DNA of 64,000 nucleotides from an uncultured Gemmatimonadales bacterium (GTDB lineage Bacteria > Gemmatimonadota > Gemmatimonadetes > Longimicrobiales > RSA9): NCBI GenBank assembly GCA_963798085.1, contig CAWCRS010000007.1, positions 1,696,001-1,760,000 on the forward strand. The letters are read 5' to 3'. Within the stretch, counting starts at the first letter, position 1. Each line of letters opens with the position of its first letter. Positions 23,511 to 33,849 of this stretch are shown here, one piece after another. The notes beneath the pieces are model-generated. The model had not been told where the DNA came from. It ran no database searches and worked only from the letters and a program-made list of their open reading frames with translations. The translations under genes and the position numbers were made by a program.

Positions 23511-24208
23511 CAGCCCGTCCCTCCGCTGCGCCCTGCCCCGGCCGCATCCGCTTCGTCGTGCAAGCGCTGCAGAATGACCGGCACATCCGCGGCCGTCACG
23601 TTCTCGAAATAGCGCTCATTGATCTGCACCGCGGCGGGAAAGCCGCAGGCACCCAGGCATTCGGCTTCTATGATCGTGAAGCGGCCATCTTCCGAGATCT
23701 CGCCCTGTTCCGTGCCCGTCTGCTCGAGGAAGGCGGCCGCAACCTCATCCGCGCCGCACAGATTGCACGACACGTTGGTGCAAACCTGGATGAGATAGCG
23801 ACCCACGGGGCGGGTATTGTACATCGTGTAGAAGGACGCGGCGCCGCGCACCACTGCGGGCGGCAGGTCGAGGATCTCGGCCACGCGCGCCATGGTTTCC
23901 GGCGAGATGTAGCCGCGCACTTCTTCGGCGAGGTTGAGCACCGGCAGCAGTGCGCCGCGGCGGTCCGGGTAACGGGAGCGGATCTTGGCGAGCCGTTCCG
24001 CGTAAGGTCCTTCGAACAGCGGCGCATCCGGCTGTTTCTCGGCGAGCTGGTAGGGATAGGAGCAGGCCGCACCGGCGGCGCCGCCCCCGGGTGGCCGCCG
24101 TCCCACAAAGCCCGTGCCGCGCACATCCGCTTCCGTCAGGTGTGCGAACTCTCCTGTTTCCCCGGCAAACCCGGGATTCGCGCCCAGCCGCGTTCGCTCG
24201 TCAGCCAT
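23510..24208 (-). CDS. nuoE: NADH:quinone oxidoreductase subunit E (N-terminally extended)
   Basis: ASFYTMY, VCTNVSC, ECLGACG [2Fe-2S] ligands. Confidence 0.93.
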   Translation of the reverse strand: MADERTRLGANPGFAGETGEFAHLTEADVRGTGFVGRRPPGGGAAGAACSYPYQLAEKQPDAPLFEGPYAERLAKIRSRYPDRRGALLPVLNLAEEVRGYISPETMARVAEILDLPPAVVRGAASFYTMYNTRPVGRYLIQVCTNVSCNLCGADEVAAAFLEQTGTEQGEISEDGRFTIIEAECLGACGFPAAVQINERYFENVTAADVPVILQRLHDEADAAGAGRSGGTG

Positions 24209-24252
24209 GCTCGCTGTGGTAGTCTCCCCCGCTTCGCCGGCCGCAGTAACGC

Positions 24253-25527
24253 CTAACGGTCGATTTCGCCCAGCACGATGTCGAGGCTCGCGTTCACCGC
24301 AATGACATCGGACAGCAGTCTGCCCTGCACCATGCGCGGCAGGGCCGAGAGATTGATGAAGCTGGGGCCGCGCACACGCCAGCGCACGGGCTTGGATCCG
24401 CCATCGCTCACGACGTAGTTGCCCAGCTCACCCTTCGAGCTTTCCACCGAGAACCAGCTCTCGCCGGGCGGCGCCTTCACCCCTTCCATCACCACCTTGA
24501 AGTGATGGATCATCGATTCCATGTCCGTCATGCAGTCGGTCTTGCCCGGCAGGATGACGCGTGGATCATCCACGTTGATGGGGCCATCCGGCAACCGCTC
24601 GATCGCCTGGTCCAGAATGCGCAGGCTCTGCCGCATCTCCTCCATGCGCACCAGGTAGCGGTCGTAGCAGTCGCCGTGCTCACCCACCGGCACTTCGAAA
24701 TCGTAGGTCTCGTAATCGTAGTATGGACGATCCTTGCGCACATCGTAGGTCACGCCGGAGGCGCGCAGGTTGGGACCCGACAAGCCGTAGTTGATTGCAT
24801 CCTCGTCGCTGATGATGCCCACGTCGCGGTTGCGGCCGATCCAGATCTGGTTGTTCGTGAGCAGCGTCTCGCATTCGTCGAGTGTGCGCGGCAGCGTGTC
24901 CACGAAGTTGCGCAGCTCGCTGATCCAGCCCACGGGCAGATCGGCCATCATACCGCCAATGCGCGTGGAGGATGTCGTGATGCGTGCGCCCGTCAGCGCC
25001 TCGTGCAGCGTGTAGATGCGCTCGCGCTCCTGGAAGGTGTAGAGGAACACCGTGAACGCACCAATGTCGATGGCGGTCGTGCCCAGCCACAACAGGTGAC
25101 TGAAGACGCGATCCAGCTCCATGCAGATGACGCGCACCACCTTGCAGCGTTCGGTGACCTCGATGCCCATCATCTTCTCGACCGCCATGGCGTAAGCGCA
25201 GTTGTAGATCAGCGGCGCCAGGTAGTCCATGCGATCCGTGAGCGGGATCACCTGATTCCACGAGCGGTACTCGCCCAGCTTCTCGAAGCTCGAGTGCAGA
25301 TAGCCGATGTGCGGCGTACAGTCGATCACCGTCTCGCCATCCAGCTCGAGCACCAGGCGGAGCACACCGTGCGTCGCCGGATGCTGCGGCCCGATGTTGA
25401 TGAGCATGTGCTCGCCATGCAGCTCGGGCTCCATGCCCGAAGGCAGCAGTGGTGCGTGCACCAGCTGGCCGCCCGCCGCCATCTCGGGCGTGCGCGTAAC
25501 CAGGTACTCTACCGTCTTCGTACTCAT
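24253..25527 (-). CDS. nuoD: NADH:quinone oxidoreductase subunit D
   Basis: NIGPQHPATHGVLRL, GYLH, DRMDY, ESSKGELG, LDIVLGEIDR. Confidence 0.97.
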   Translation of the reverse strand: MSTKTVEYLVTRTPEMAAGGQLVHAPLLPSGMEPELHGEHMLINIGPQHPATHGVLRLVLELDGETVIDCTPHIGYLHSSFEKLGEYRSWNQVIPLTDRMDYLAPLIYNCAYAMAVEKMMGIEVTERCKVVRVICMELDRVFSHLLWLGTTAIDIGAFTVFLYTFQERERIYTLHEALTGARITTSSTRIGGMMADLPVGWISELRNFVDTLPRTLDECETLLTNNQIWIGRNRDVGIISDEDAINYGLSGPNLRASGVTYDVRKDRPYYDYETYDFEVPVGEHGDCYDRYLVRMEEMRQSLRILDQAIERLPDGPINVDDPRVILPGKTDCMTDMESMIHHFKVVMEGVKAPPGESWFSVESSKGELGNYVVSDGGSKPVRWRVRGPSFINLSALPRMVQGRLLSDVIAVNASLDIVLGEIDR

Positions 25528-26223
25528 GACGCGTTCTCTGCGTCCCCGTGCGCCGCGGCCTCGCGCCGGATGTGCTCACCGACTTCCTCGAAGACCGCGA
25601 TTTCTTCCGGGAAGTAGTGTTCCTCCACGGTCATCGCCAGCGCCCGCCGCGTCTGCTCGGCACGACTGAAACGACCACGCAGGGGAAAATCCTTGCGCAG
25701 TGGATAACCCTCCGCGTAGCTGTCGGGCATGAGAATGCGGCGCAGGTCCGGGTGTCCGCGAAAACGAATCCCGAACATGTCCCAGACCTCGCGCTCCAGC
25801 CAGTTCGCCGTCCGCCAGATGGACACGACCGAATCGACTTCGAGCGCGTTCAGCGGCAGGCGGGTCTTCACCCGCAGTGCGCGACGATGTGGCACGGACC
25901 AGAGCTGATAGACGACCTCCAGTGGCCGGCCCCCGCCGTAGTCGACGGCCGTCAGGTCTGCGAGATAGTCGTAACGGTGTTCGGGCTCACTCTGCAGGAA
26001 CGTCAGGATCTCGACCACCTGCTCCGGCGCGGATGTGGATGACGTGCTCATCCCCCGCCATCACCGCGTGGTGCAGAATGCTGCTGCGGAAGTGTGTGAC
26101 CAGCGCCGCGACCGTCGGATGGCTGGCGGCGTCTGCCGCTTCCCCGCTCGGCGCGTCCGTCCCCGACGGCGCGCGCCCGACGTCCAACCCTTCCAGCGCC
26201 GCCTTGAAGTCCTTCTCCGCCAT
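25524..26223 (-). CDS. nuoC: NADH:quinone oxidoreductase subunit C (frameshift ~26035)
   Basis: ANWLEREVWDMFGIRFRGHPDLRRIL...YPLRKDFPL. Confidence 0.93.
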
Positions 26224-26874
26224 CTATGGCTTCCGGTCCGCCGGCCGCGCCAGCGCAGTGGTGCGCACGAAGCCGCTCACCCGGTTCTGCGAAGTCGAAT
26301 TGCCGAACGGCCCCGCGATCTCATCGATCACGCGATCCGGCAGATTCGGCTGGCCCGCGCGCTCCGGATCCTCTTCGCGCAGTGCCGGGTTCGTCAGCGA
26401 CTCACCCTTGATCTTCTCGTGCAGCATCAGGATCCCGTAGATCAGACCCTCGGGCCGCGGCGGACATCCCGGCACATACACATCCACCGGAATGATCGTG
26501 TCGATGCCCTGCACCATCGAGTAGACATCGAACACCCCGCCCGACGATGCGCACGCGCCCATCGAAATCGCCCACTTCGGCTGTGGCATCTGATCCCAGA
26601 TGCGACGCAGCACCGGCGCCATCTTGTAGGCCACGCGGCCGGCGCACAGCAGCAGGTCCGCCTGCCGCGGCGAGAACGCCATGCGCTCCATCCCGAAGCG
26701 CGCCAGATCATACTTCAATGCGGCCGTCGCCATCATCTCGATCGCGCAGCAGGCCGTACCGAATGGCATCGGCCACAACGAATTGCGCCGAGCCCAGTTC
26801 ACGACTTCATCGAGCCGCGTCGTCAGGAAGCTCGCCTCGCCGCTCTTCGGTACTGTCGGCAGGCTCAATCCCAT
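26224..26874 (-). CDS. nuoB: NADH:quinone oxidoreductase subunit B
   Basis: [34 protein letters not shown]. Confidence 0.97.
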   Translation of the reverse strand: MGLSLPTVPKSGEASFLTTRLDEVVNWARRNSLWPMPFGTACCAIEMMATAALKYDLARFGMERMAFSPRQADLLLCAGRVAYKMAPVLRRIWDQMPQPKWAISMGACASSGGVFDVYSMVQGIDTIIPVDVYVPGCPPRPEGLIYGILMLHEKIKGESLTNPALREEDPERAGQPNLPDRVIDEIAGPFGNSTSQNRVSGFVRTTALARPADRKP

Positions 26875-27221
26875 TCGAGCGCTCCCTTCTTCCAGACGTA
26901 CACCAACCCCACCAGCAACACTGCAATGAACACCAGCATCTCGACAAATCCGAATACCCCGAGACGCCGGAAAAGAACACCCCAGGGAATCAGGAAGATG
27001 GTTTCGATATCGAAGATGATGAACAGCAGCGCGACCAGATAGAACTTCACCGAGAAACGCTCGCGTGTGTCGCCCAGCGGCGTCATCCCGGACTCGTACG
27101 GCTCCACCTTCACGGGTGTCGGCCGCAGCGGACTCGCAACATGCGACAGCACCACCAGCGCCAACGCATTGATCAGCGAGAGTCCCATCAGCAGCAGGAC
27201 CGGCACGTACACCGCGCGCAT
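26865..27221 (-). CDS. nuoA: NADH:quinone oxidoreductase subunit A
   Basis: [30 protein letters not shown]. Confidence 0.96.
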   Translation of the reverse strand: MRAVYVPVLLLMGLSLINALALVVLSHVASPLRPTPVKVEPYESGMTPLGDTRERFSVKFYLVALLFIIFDIETIFLIPWGVLFRRLGVFGFVEMLVFIAVLLVGLVYVWKKGALEWD

Positions 27222-27243
27222 TCCCCGAGCCCGTCCCCGTACT

Positions 27244-27261
27244 TTGTGAATTCGTTCACTT
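27244..27261. promoter_or_regulatory. Rex-like operator in the nuoA leader
   Basis: TTGTGAA-TTCG-TTCACTT versus the Rex consensus TTGTGAA-N4-TTCACAA; it sits between the -10 element and the nuoA start. Confidence 0.6.
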
Positions 27262-27275
27262 GGTACAGCCGCCCG

Positions 27276-27305
27276 AACATACCCACCCCGCCGCGCCAGT
27301 GTCAA
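27276..27305 (-). promoter_or_regulatory. sigma70-like promoter of the nuo operon
   Basis: TTGACA-N18-TATGTT on minus. Confidence 0.7.
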
Positions 27306-27373
27306 GCACGGCCCGCCGCGTTGCGCATAGCCGCCCGTCGCCTGATTTTGGGCCCGGCAAAGGGGGCATCGTC

Positions 27374-27928
27374 ATGAGCATCCGCAGCGACCGCTGGATC
27401 CGCCGCATGGCGGCCGAGCAACGCATGATCGAGCCATTCGAGGCGCACCAGGTGCGCGACGGCGCCATCAGCTACGGCGTCTCATCCTTCGGCTACGATG
27501 TGCGCGTGGGTGATGAGTACAAGGTCTTCACCGACGTGCACAGCGTGATCGTGGACCCGAAGCATTTCGACTCGCGCTCGTTTGTCGACATCAAGGGTGA
27601 TCACTGCATCATCCCGCCGCACTCATTCGCGCTGGCCGCGACCATGGAGTACTTCCGCATCCCGCGTGACGTGCTCGTGATCTGTGTCGGCAAATCGACG
27701 TATGCGCGTTGCGGCATCATCGTCAACGTGACGCCACTGGAGCCCGAGTGGTGCGGCCACCTGACGCTGGAGATCTCCAACACCACGCCGCTGCCCGCCC
27801 GCATCTACAGCCGCGAAGGCCTGGCCCAGCTGCTCTTCTTCCAGGGCGATGAAACGCCCGAGATCACATACGCCCAGCGCGGCGGCAAGTACCAGGATCA
27901 GCGCGGGGTCACGCTGCCCAAGCTGTAA
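27374..27928 (+). CDS. dcd: dCTP deaminase
   Basis: [42 protein letters not shown]. Confidence 0.96.
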   Translation: MSIRSDRWIRRMAAEQRMIEPFEAHQVRDGAISYGVSSFGYDVRVGDEYKVFTDVHSVIVDPKHFDSRSFVDIKGDHCIIPPHSFALAATMEYFRIPRDVLVICVGKSTYARCGIIVNVTPLEPEWCGHLTLEISNTTPLPARIYSREGLAQLLFFQGDETPEITYAQRGGKYQDQRGVTLPKL

Positions 27929-28007
27929 CGGCCCTTGCGCTCCTCGTTGAGATCGCCCAGCGGTTCGGTCGCGGCCGCGGTCGCATCGGACTGCGGCGCT
28001 GGGGCTG

Positions 28008-28380
28008 GTTGCTGGGGCTCGTTGCTCGGGAACGGATTCTCTTAACAGCGGGCTAGGGATGGGGCTGGGGTTCGGAACTCACGATTGTCTATTTCCGCGG
28101 CATTCAGTCCAGCCTCGGGTGACGTGCGTGTGACGGCCGGCCAAATGCAGGATCCGCGCTGGCTTGAATGCCCCGCGGCCTGCCGTCCGCACCACGCAGT
28201 GCACCCTCCCTGCTCCAGCGTTTCAGCACACCGAAATGTGCGGAGCTGTGCGTTCCCGAAGGCTCCGAAACGGTGGACATTCCCCGTGACCCATACCGGA
28301 CGTGAGTTCCCAGCCCCAGCCCGGGCCCTAGCCCGCAGTTAGAAACACGTTCCCCAGCAACCAGCCCGAGCCCCAGCAAC
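28008..28380. repeat. Imperfect long inverted repeat (arms 28008-28083 and 28301-28380) around a structured 217-bp core; possible MITE/REPIN-like element or structured RNA
   Basis: Left arm GTTGCTGGGGCTC...GGGAACG...TAACAGCGGGCTAGGG...GGGCTGGGG..GGAACTCACG matches the reverse complement of the right arm; both arms are built from GCTGG/GCTCG units. Confidence 0.8.
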
Positions 28381-28387
28381 GCCGTGC

Positions 28388-29140
28388 CTAGGCGCCGGGC
28401 CTTCGCGTTACCGCCAGGATGAGATCGCGGTTGAGGCGCGCAATGTAGTCGATGCTGATGTCCTTGGGGCAGGCGTTCTGGCAGGCGCCGTGGTTGGTGC
28501 AGTGACCGAAGCGTTCGCTGTCCATGGCGGCCACCATGGCGGTGACGCGCTGGTAGCGTTCCGGCTGGCCCTGCGGCAGGCTGGCGAGGTGTGACACCTT
28601 GGCAGCGGTGAAGAGCATGGCAGATGCGTTCGGGCAGGCGGCCACGCAGGCGCCGCAGCCAATGCACTCCGCGGCGTCCATGGCTGCGTCGGCGCCGGGT
28701 TTGGAGACGGGCGTGGCGTTGGCTTCCGGTGCGCTGCCCGTGCGCACGGAGATGAAGCCGCCTGCCTGGATGATGCGGTCGAAGGCCGCGCGATCGACGA
28801 TCAGGTCCTTGATTACGGGGAAGCCCGCGGCGCGCCAGGGCTCGATCCAGATTTCGGCGCCATCGCTGTAATTGCGCATGTGCAACTGGCAGACAGTCGT
28901 GCGCGGCAGCGGTCCGTGGGGCTCGCCGTCGATGACGAAGCCGCAGGAGCCGCAGATGCCTTCGCGGCAATCGTGGTCGAACGCGATGGGGCTCCTGCCC
29001 TGCTCCACCAGCTGATCGTTGACCACGTCCAGCATCTCGAGGAAGGAGTTGTGCTCGGTGATGCCTTCGGCCACGTAGGTCTCGAAGCGACCTTCCGTGG
29101 CCGGCTTCTCCTGCCGCCAGACGTGCAGCGTGAAGCGCAT
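28388..29140 (-). CDS. sdhB: Succinate dehydrogenase/fumarate reductase Fe-S subunit
   Basis: [34 protein letters not shown]. Confidence 0.95.
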   Translation of the reverse strand: MRFTLHVWRQEKPATEGRFETYVAEGITEHNSFLEMLDVVNDQLVEQGRSPIAFDHDCREGICGSCGFVIDGEPHGPLPRTTVCQLHMRNYSDGAEIWIEPWRAAGFPVIKDLIVDRAAFDRIIQAGGFISVRTGSAPEANATPVSKPGADAAMDAAECIGCGACVAACPNASAMLFTAAKVSHLASLPQGQPERYQRVTAMVAAMDSERFGHCTNHGACQNACPKDISIDYIARLNRDLILAVTRRPGA

Positions 29141-29142
29141 GG

Positions 29143-31062
29143 CTACTTGTAGCTCCGTTGCGAAAGGGGCACGTTCTCGAACGTCAACGGCTCGCGGTGC
29201 AGTCGGGGCCGCTCACCGACGCCGGTGAATTCCCAGACGGAGGAGTGGGCGAAGTCTTCGTCATTGCGCAGCGCCTCGCCGTCCGCGGTCTGGTGCTCGA
29301 CGCGGAAGTGGCCGCCGCAGGATTCGTCGCGCTCGAGTGCGTCGTAGCACATGAGTTCGGCGAATTCGAGGAAGTCCGCCACGCGGCCCGCGTATTCCAG
29401 CGACTGATTGAGGTCCGACGCACTGCCCGGAACGCGCACGTCGCGCCAGAACTCTTCGCGCAGCTCGGGAATGCGAGCCAGTGCCGTGTGCAGGCCTTCC
29501 GCGCTTCTCGCCATGCCGCAGTACTCCCAGAGCAGGGCGCCCAGCCGCTGGTGGAAGTCGCGTACCGGTCGCGTACCGCGCACGGCCAGCAGGGCATCCT
29601 GGCGCTTGCGCACATCGGCTTCCACTGCGCGGAACTCGGCGTTATCGGGCGAGACCGGCTCCGGCTTTGCCTGCGCGATGTAGTCGCCGATCGTGAGTGG
29701 CAGAATGAAGTAGCCGTCGGCCAGGCCCTGCATGAGGGCGCTGGCGCCCAGTCGGTTGGCGCCGTGGTCCGAGAAGTTCGCCTCGCCAATGACGTGAAGC
29801 CCCGGGACCGTGCTCATCAGGTTGTAGTCCACCCACAGGCCGCCCATGGTGTAGTGCGGCGCCGGGTAGATCCGCATGGGCACTTCGTACGGGTTCTCGC
29901 CCGTGATGTTCTGGTACATGTCGAAGAGGTTGCCGTAACGATCGGCGATCACGTCGCGGCCCAGGCGCTGGATGGCGTCGCGGAAATCCAGGTAGACGCC
30001 AATGCCGCTGGGCCCCACGCCTCTACCCTCGTCGACGACTTCCTTGGCGCGGCGCGACGCAATGTCGCGCGGCGCGAGGTTGCCGAAGCTCGGATAATAG
30101 CGCTCGAGGTAGTAATCGCGGTCCGCGTCCGGAATCTGGTTGGCGCCGCGCTTGTCGCCTTTCTGTTTCGGCACCCGAATGCGCCCGTCGTTGCGCAGCG
30201 ACTCGGACATCAGCGTGAGCTTCGATTGATTCTCGCCAGCCGGCGGAATCGAGGTCGGGTGGATCTGCGTGAAGCACGGGTTGGCAAAGCCCGCGCCCCG
30301 CCTGTGCGCGCGCCAGATTGCGGTTACGTTGCAGCCCTTGGCGTTGGTGGACAGGTGGAAGACATTGCTGTATCCGCCGGTGGCCAGCACCACGGCGTCG
30401 CCGGGAAACCCCTCGATCGCGCCGCTCACCAGGTCACGCACGATGATGCCGCGGGCCCGGCCCTGCACCAGCACCACATCCAGCATCTCGTGCCGCGCGA
30501 ACATGCGCACCGTTCCCGCCGCGATCTGGCGCTCCAGCGCCTGGTATGCGCCCAGCAGCAGCTGCTGCCCGGTCTGGCCGCGCGCGTAGAAGGTGCGTGA
30601 CACCTGGGCGCCGCCGAACGAGCGGTTAGCCAGGTGCCCGTCGTATTCGCGGGCGAAAGGTACGCCCTGCGCCACGCACTGGTCGATGATGTTCAGGCTG
30701 ATCTGCGCCAGCCGATAGACATTCGCCTCGCGCGACCGGAAATCGCCGCCCTTGATGGTGTCGTAGAACAGCCGGAACACGCTGTCACCATCGTTCTGGT
30801 AGTTCTTGGCGGCATTGATGCCGCCCTGCGCGGCAATCGAATGCGCCCGGCGAGGGCTGTCCTGGAAGCAGAAGCAGTCGACGAGGTAGCCCAGCTCGCC
30901 CAGCGTCGCGGCGGCCGCGCCGCCGGCCAGCCCCGAGCCCACCACGATAATACGGTGTTTGCGCTTGTTGGCGGGGTTGACCAGCTTCAGGTGGAAGCGA
31001 TGCCGATCCCACTTCTCTTCAATGGGGCCAGCCGGAATCCGGGCGTCGAGTTCCATGGCCAT
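29143..31062 (-). CDS. sdhA: Succinate dehydrogenase/fumarate reductase flavoprotein
   Basis: [19 protein letters not shown] (FAD-His), RSFGG, QIHPT, HYTMGG, HGANRLG. Confidence 0.95.
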   Translation of the reverse strand: MAMELDARIPAGPIEEKWDRHRFHLKLVNPANKRKHRIIVVGSGLAGGAAAATLGELGYLVDCFCFQDSPRRAHSIAAQGGINAAKNYQNDGDSVFRLFYDTIKGGDFRSREANVYRLAQISLNIIDQCVAQGVPFAREYDGHLANRSFGGAQVSRTFYARGQTGQQLLLGAYQALERQIAAGTVRMFARHEMLDVVLVQGRARGIIVRDLVSGAIEGFPGDAVVLATGGYSNVFHLSTNAKGCNVTAIWRAHRRGAGFANPCFTQIHPTSIPPAGENQSKLTLMSESLRNDGRIRVPKQKGDKRGANQIPDADRDYYLERYYPSFGNLAPRDIASRRAKEVVDEGRGVGPSGIGVYLDFRDAIQRLGRDVIADRYGNLFDMYQNITGENPYEVPMRIYPAPHYTMGGLWVDYNLMSTVPGLHVIGEANFSDHGANRLGASALMQGLADGYFILPLTIGDYIAQAKPEPVSPDNAEFRAVEADVRKRQDALLAVRGTRPVRDFHQRLGALLWEYCGMARSAEGLHTALARIPELREEFWRDVRVPGSASDLNQSLEYAGRVADFLEFAELMCYDALERDESCGGHFRVEHQTADGEALRNDEDFAHSSVWEFTGVGERPRLHREPLTFENVPLSQRSYK

Positions 31063-31067
31063 GGCCG

Positions 31068-31766
31068 TCAGCGCAGCACGCCGGTCAGCACAGCCAGGGG
31101 AAACAGCATGTTGCCTCCTGCCACCAGCACGGCGAGCGTGAGCGCCAGCGGCCGGCGCCAGCGATTGTAGGCCGGATTGTTCACGCCCATCGTCTGGAAT
31201 GCGCTCCAGATGCCGTGATACAGGTGGAAGCCCAGCGGCACCATGGCGGCGATGTAGGCCAGGGACACGGGCCAGACCTGGAAGCCGGTGACGAAGTTGT
31301 GATAGGCATCACCGGCAATGAAGTCGGGGTGGACCGTGCCGAATGTCAGGTGCAGCAGGTGGAAGAGGACGAAGCCCAGAATCGTCAGGCCGCCCCATAC
31401 CATGGTACGCGAAGCGTAGCTGATGGAAAGCGAGTCGAACTTGCGGTAGCGCTGCGGCCGCGCCCGCCGGCTCTGCAGCGTGAGCTGCGTTGCGGCGCCC
31501 ACGTGAATCACGACGGCCACGAGCAGTACCAGGCGCACCAGCCAGAGCAGCTGGCCGCGCGCGAAGAACGGCGAGCCGATCGTGCGCAGTCCTTCGGCGT
31601 AGTGGTTGAAGGCTTCAGGACCGAAGAAGACCTTGAGATTGCCGACGAAGTGACCGATCACGAAGAGCACCAGGATGGCGCCCGAGAGCGCCATCGCGAC
31701 CTTTCTGCCGACGGACGAGCGGAGCGGAGCGGCCGATCGTCCGGCAACTCGCGCGGCTGTCGCCAT
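31068..31766 (-). CDS. sdhC: Succinate dehydrogenase cytochrome b membrane anchor (single subunit)
   Basis: [13 protein letters not shown]; about 5 TM helices with His residues (GHFVGN, IHV, FHLLH, HLYHG). Confidence 0.9.
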   Translation of the reverse strand: MATAARVAGRSAAPLRSSVGRKVAMALSGAILVLFVIGHFVGNLKVFFGPEAFNHYAEGLRTIGSPFFARGQLLWLVRLVLLVAVVIHVGAATQLTLQSRRARPQRYRKFDSLSISYASRTMVWGGLTILGFVLFHLLHLTFGTVHPDFIAGDAYHNFVTGFQVWPVSLAYIAAMVPLGFHLYHGIWSAFQTMGVNNPAYNRWRRPLALTLAVLVAGGNMLFPLAVLTGVLR

Positions 31767-32692
31767 CAGGAAAGCAGCGCCATGGTTTCACGGGTGGCGG
31801 CCGCAGAGCGTTCCAGCGCCGCCTGCTCATCCGTCGTGAGCGGCACCTGGATGATGCCCTCGAGTCCCGTGCGGCCGAGTTTGCAGGGCACGCCGAGGAA
31901 CAGGTCGCGCAATCCGAATTCACCCTCGAGCCAGACCGAGCACGGGAGAATGCGCTTCTTGTCGTGCACAATGGCTTCCGCCATCTGCACGGCTGCCGCG
32001 CCGGGCGCGTAGTAGGCGCTGCCGGTTTTCAGCAGGCCCACGATCTCGGCGCCGCCGCTGCGTGTGCGGTCCACGAGCTTCTGGATGCGATCCTCCGCCA
32101 GCAGCCGCGCCAGCGGTATGCCGCTCACGGTCGTGTAGGATGCCAGCGGCACCATGGTATCGCCGTGGCCGCCCAGCACCAGGGCCTGGATGTCCTCGAC
32201 ACTGACATCGAGTTCCAGCGCGATGAACGAGCGGTAGCGCGCCGTGTCCAGGACGCCCGCCATGCCGATGACGCGCTCGCGCGGGAAGCCGGTCGTCTGG
32301 CGGCACACATACGCCATCACATCGAGCGGGTTGGATACCATGATGACGATGGCATCGGGCGAGTAGCGCCTGATCTCTTCGGACACGCTGCGCACGATGC
32401 CGGCGTTGGTCTTGAGCAGATCCTCACGGGACATGCCCGGCTTGCGCGCGATGCCCGCCGTCACGATGAACAGCTGCGAGCCCGCGGTGTCCGCGTAGTT
32501 GTTGCTGCCGCTCACCCGTGCGTCGAAACCCTCGATGGGCGCCGACTCCCACTGATCCAGGCCCTTGCCCTGGGGCACGCCCTCAACGACATCCACCAGC
32601 ACGACGTGACGGGCCAGGTGTTTCTGGGCAAGCAGAAGTGCGGCGCTGGCTCCCACGTTCCCGGCGCCGACTACTGTGATCTTCTCGAACAT
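31766..32692 (-). CDS. mdh: Malate dehydrogenase (LDH-like family)
   Basis: [40 protein letters not shown]. Confidence 0.96.
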   Translation of the reverse strand: MFEKITVVGAGNVGASAALLLAQKHLARHVVLVDVVEGVPQGKGLDQWESAPIEGFDARVSGSNNYADTAGSQLFIVTAGIARKPGMSREDLLKTNAGIVRSVSEEIRRYSPDAIVIMVSNPLDVMAYVCRQTTGFPRERVIGMAGVLDTARYRSFIALELDVSVEDIQALVLGGHGDTMVPLASYTTVSGIPLARLLAEDRIQKLVDRTRSGGAEIVGLLKTGSAYYAPGAAAVQMAEAIVHDKKRILPCSVWLEGEFGLRDLFLGVPCKLGRTGLEGIIQVPLTTDEQAALERSAAATRETMALLS

Positions 32693-32737
32693 GGCAATGA
32701 TTTTCTGCGCAGTAGGGTACTCAACAAGACTCGCGGA

Positions 32738-32767
32738 AAGCTAGGCCGGCCGGGGCGGCACTGTCAA
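32738..32767 (-). promoter_or_regulatory. sigma70-like promoter of mdh-sdhCAB
   Basis: TTGACA-N18-TAGCTT on minus. Confidence 0.65.
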
Positions 32768-32802
32768 CGCGCGCGCGGCGCGCAGAGACGGGTCGTTGTC
32801 GC

Positions 32803-33849
32803 TCATCCGCCCACCTGTGAAAGGGCCAGCAGCCCGCCCGAACCCTGCGCACTGCCCTGCACCAGCGAATGCCGTTCAGGCTTGATGCGCAGTGTTTCCT
32901 CGATCAGCGGGCGCAGCGGTTCGCGGCGCCGCAGCGGACCGCGCAGATCCGTTTCAATGGAGCCGAACAGGCACGGCCGGAGCTTGCCATTGGCCGTGAG
33001 GCGCATGCGATTGCAGCGGTCGCAGTAGTTGTGGCTCATGGGCGTGATCACGCCCACTGTGCCTCTGGCTTCCGGGAAACGGAAATACGTGGCGGGTCCA
33101 TTGCCCGGCGGACCGGGAACCGGCTCGAGCTGACCGATGCGCTGCACAGTCTCGAGCATCTCGAGCGCGGAAACGAATTCCTCCGCCGAAACATCCAGAT
33201 TCTCGCCCACCGGCATTACTTCAATGAAGCGCACGTGCCACGGGCGGTCCAGCGTAATGCGCGCGAACGCTTCCAGCTCGTCATCATTTCGTCCGCGCAT
33301 GACCACGGTGTTGATCTTGATCGGCTCGAATCCCACGCGTTCGGCGGCATCCAGCCCTTCGAGGATGGCAGTGTGTGCACCCGGGCGGCGTGCGATGGCA
33401 TCAATGCGATCGGGACGCAGCGAGTCCAGCGAGATGTTCACGCGGCGCACACCGGCATCGCGCAGCTCCTGTGCAATGGGCGCGAGCAGCACGGCATTCG
33501 TGGACAGCGCGATGTCATCAATGCCGGGAATCTCGTTCAGCTCGCGGATCAGCGTGATCACATCGCGCCGCACCAGCGGTTCACCACCCGTGACGCGTAC
33601 GCGACGCAGCCCCATTTCCGCCATCGCGCGCACGATCGTCGCGATCTCTTCGTAGTTCAGGATCTCCGAGCGCTTGAGCCACGGCAAACCATCTTCGGGC
33701 ATGCAGTAGACGCAGCGCAGGTTGCACTTGTCGGTGACGGAAATGCGCAGGTACTCGATGCGCCGGCCAAAGGTGTCGCGCATGCCGGCGTCGTCGTGCA
33801 CGGTCAGCGAGCGGCGTGCGCTGCTGGCGCGGGTGAGCAGTTCACTCAC
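32803..33849 (-). CDS. moaA: GTP 3',8-cyclase (radical SAM)
   Basis: YLRISVTDKCNLRCVYCMP, TGGEP, C-terminal CDRCNRMRLT...PCL and a terminal GG. Confidence 0.96.
   Translation of the reverse strand: MSELLTRASSARRSLTVHDDAGMRDTFGRRIEYLRISVTDKCNLRCVYCMPEDGLPWLKRSEILNYEEIATIVRAMAEMGLRRVRVTGGEPLVRRDVITLIRELNEIPGIDDIALSTNAVLLAPIAQELRDAGVRRVNISLDSLRPDRIDAIARRPGAHTAILEGLDAAERVGFEPIKINTVVMRGRNDDELEAFARITLDRPWHVRFIEVMPVGENLDVSAEEFVSALEMLETVQRIGQLEPVPGPPGNGPATYFRFPEARGTVGVITPMSHNYCDRCNRMRLTANGKLRPCLFGSIETDLRGPLRRREPLRPLIEETLRIKPERHSLVQGSAQGSGGLLALSQVGG

Noticed and set aside
28214..28277. Hammerhead ribozyme in the three-way junction
   Set aside because: GAAAC and GUUUC are present but the CUGANGA core is missing on both strands
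27998..28380. CRISPR array
   Set aside because: The repeats are inverted and degenerate, with no regular repeat-spacer period and no cas genes
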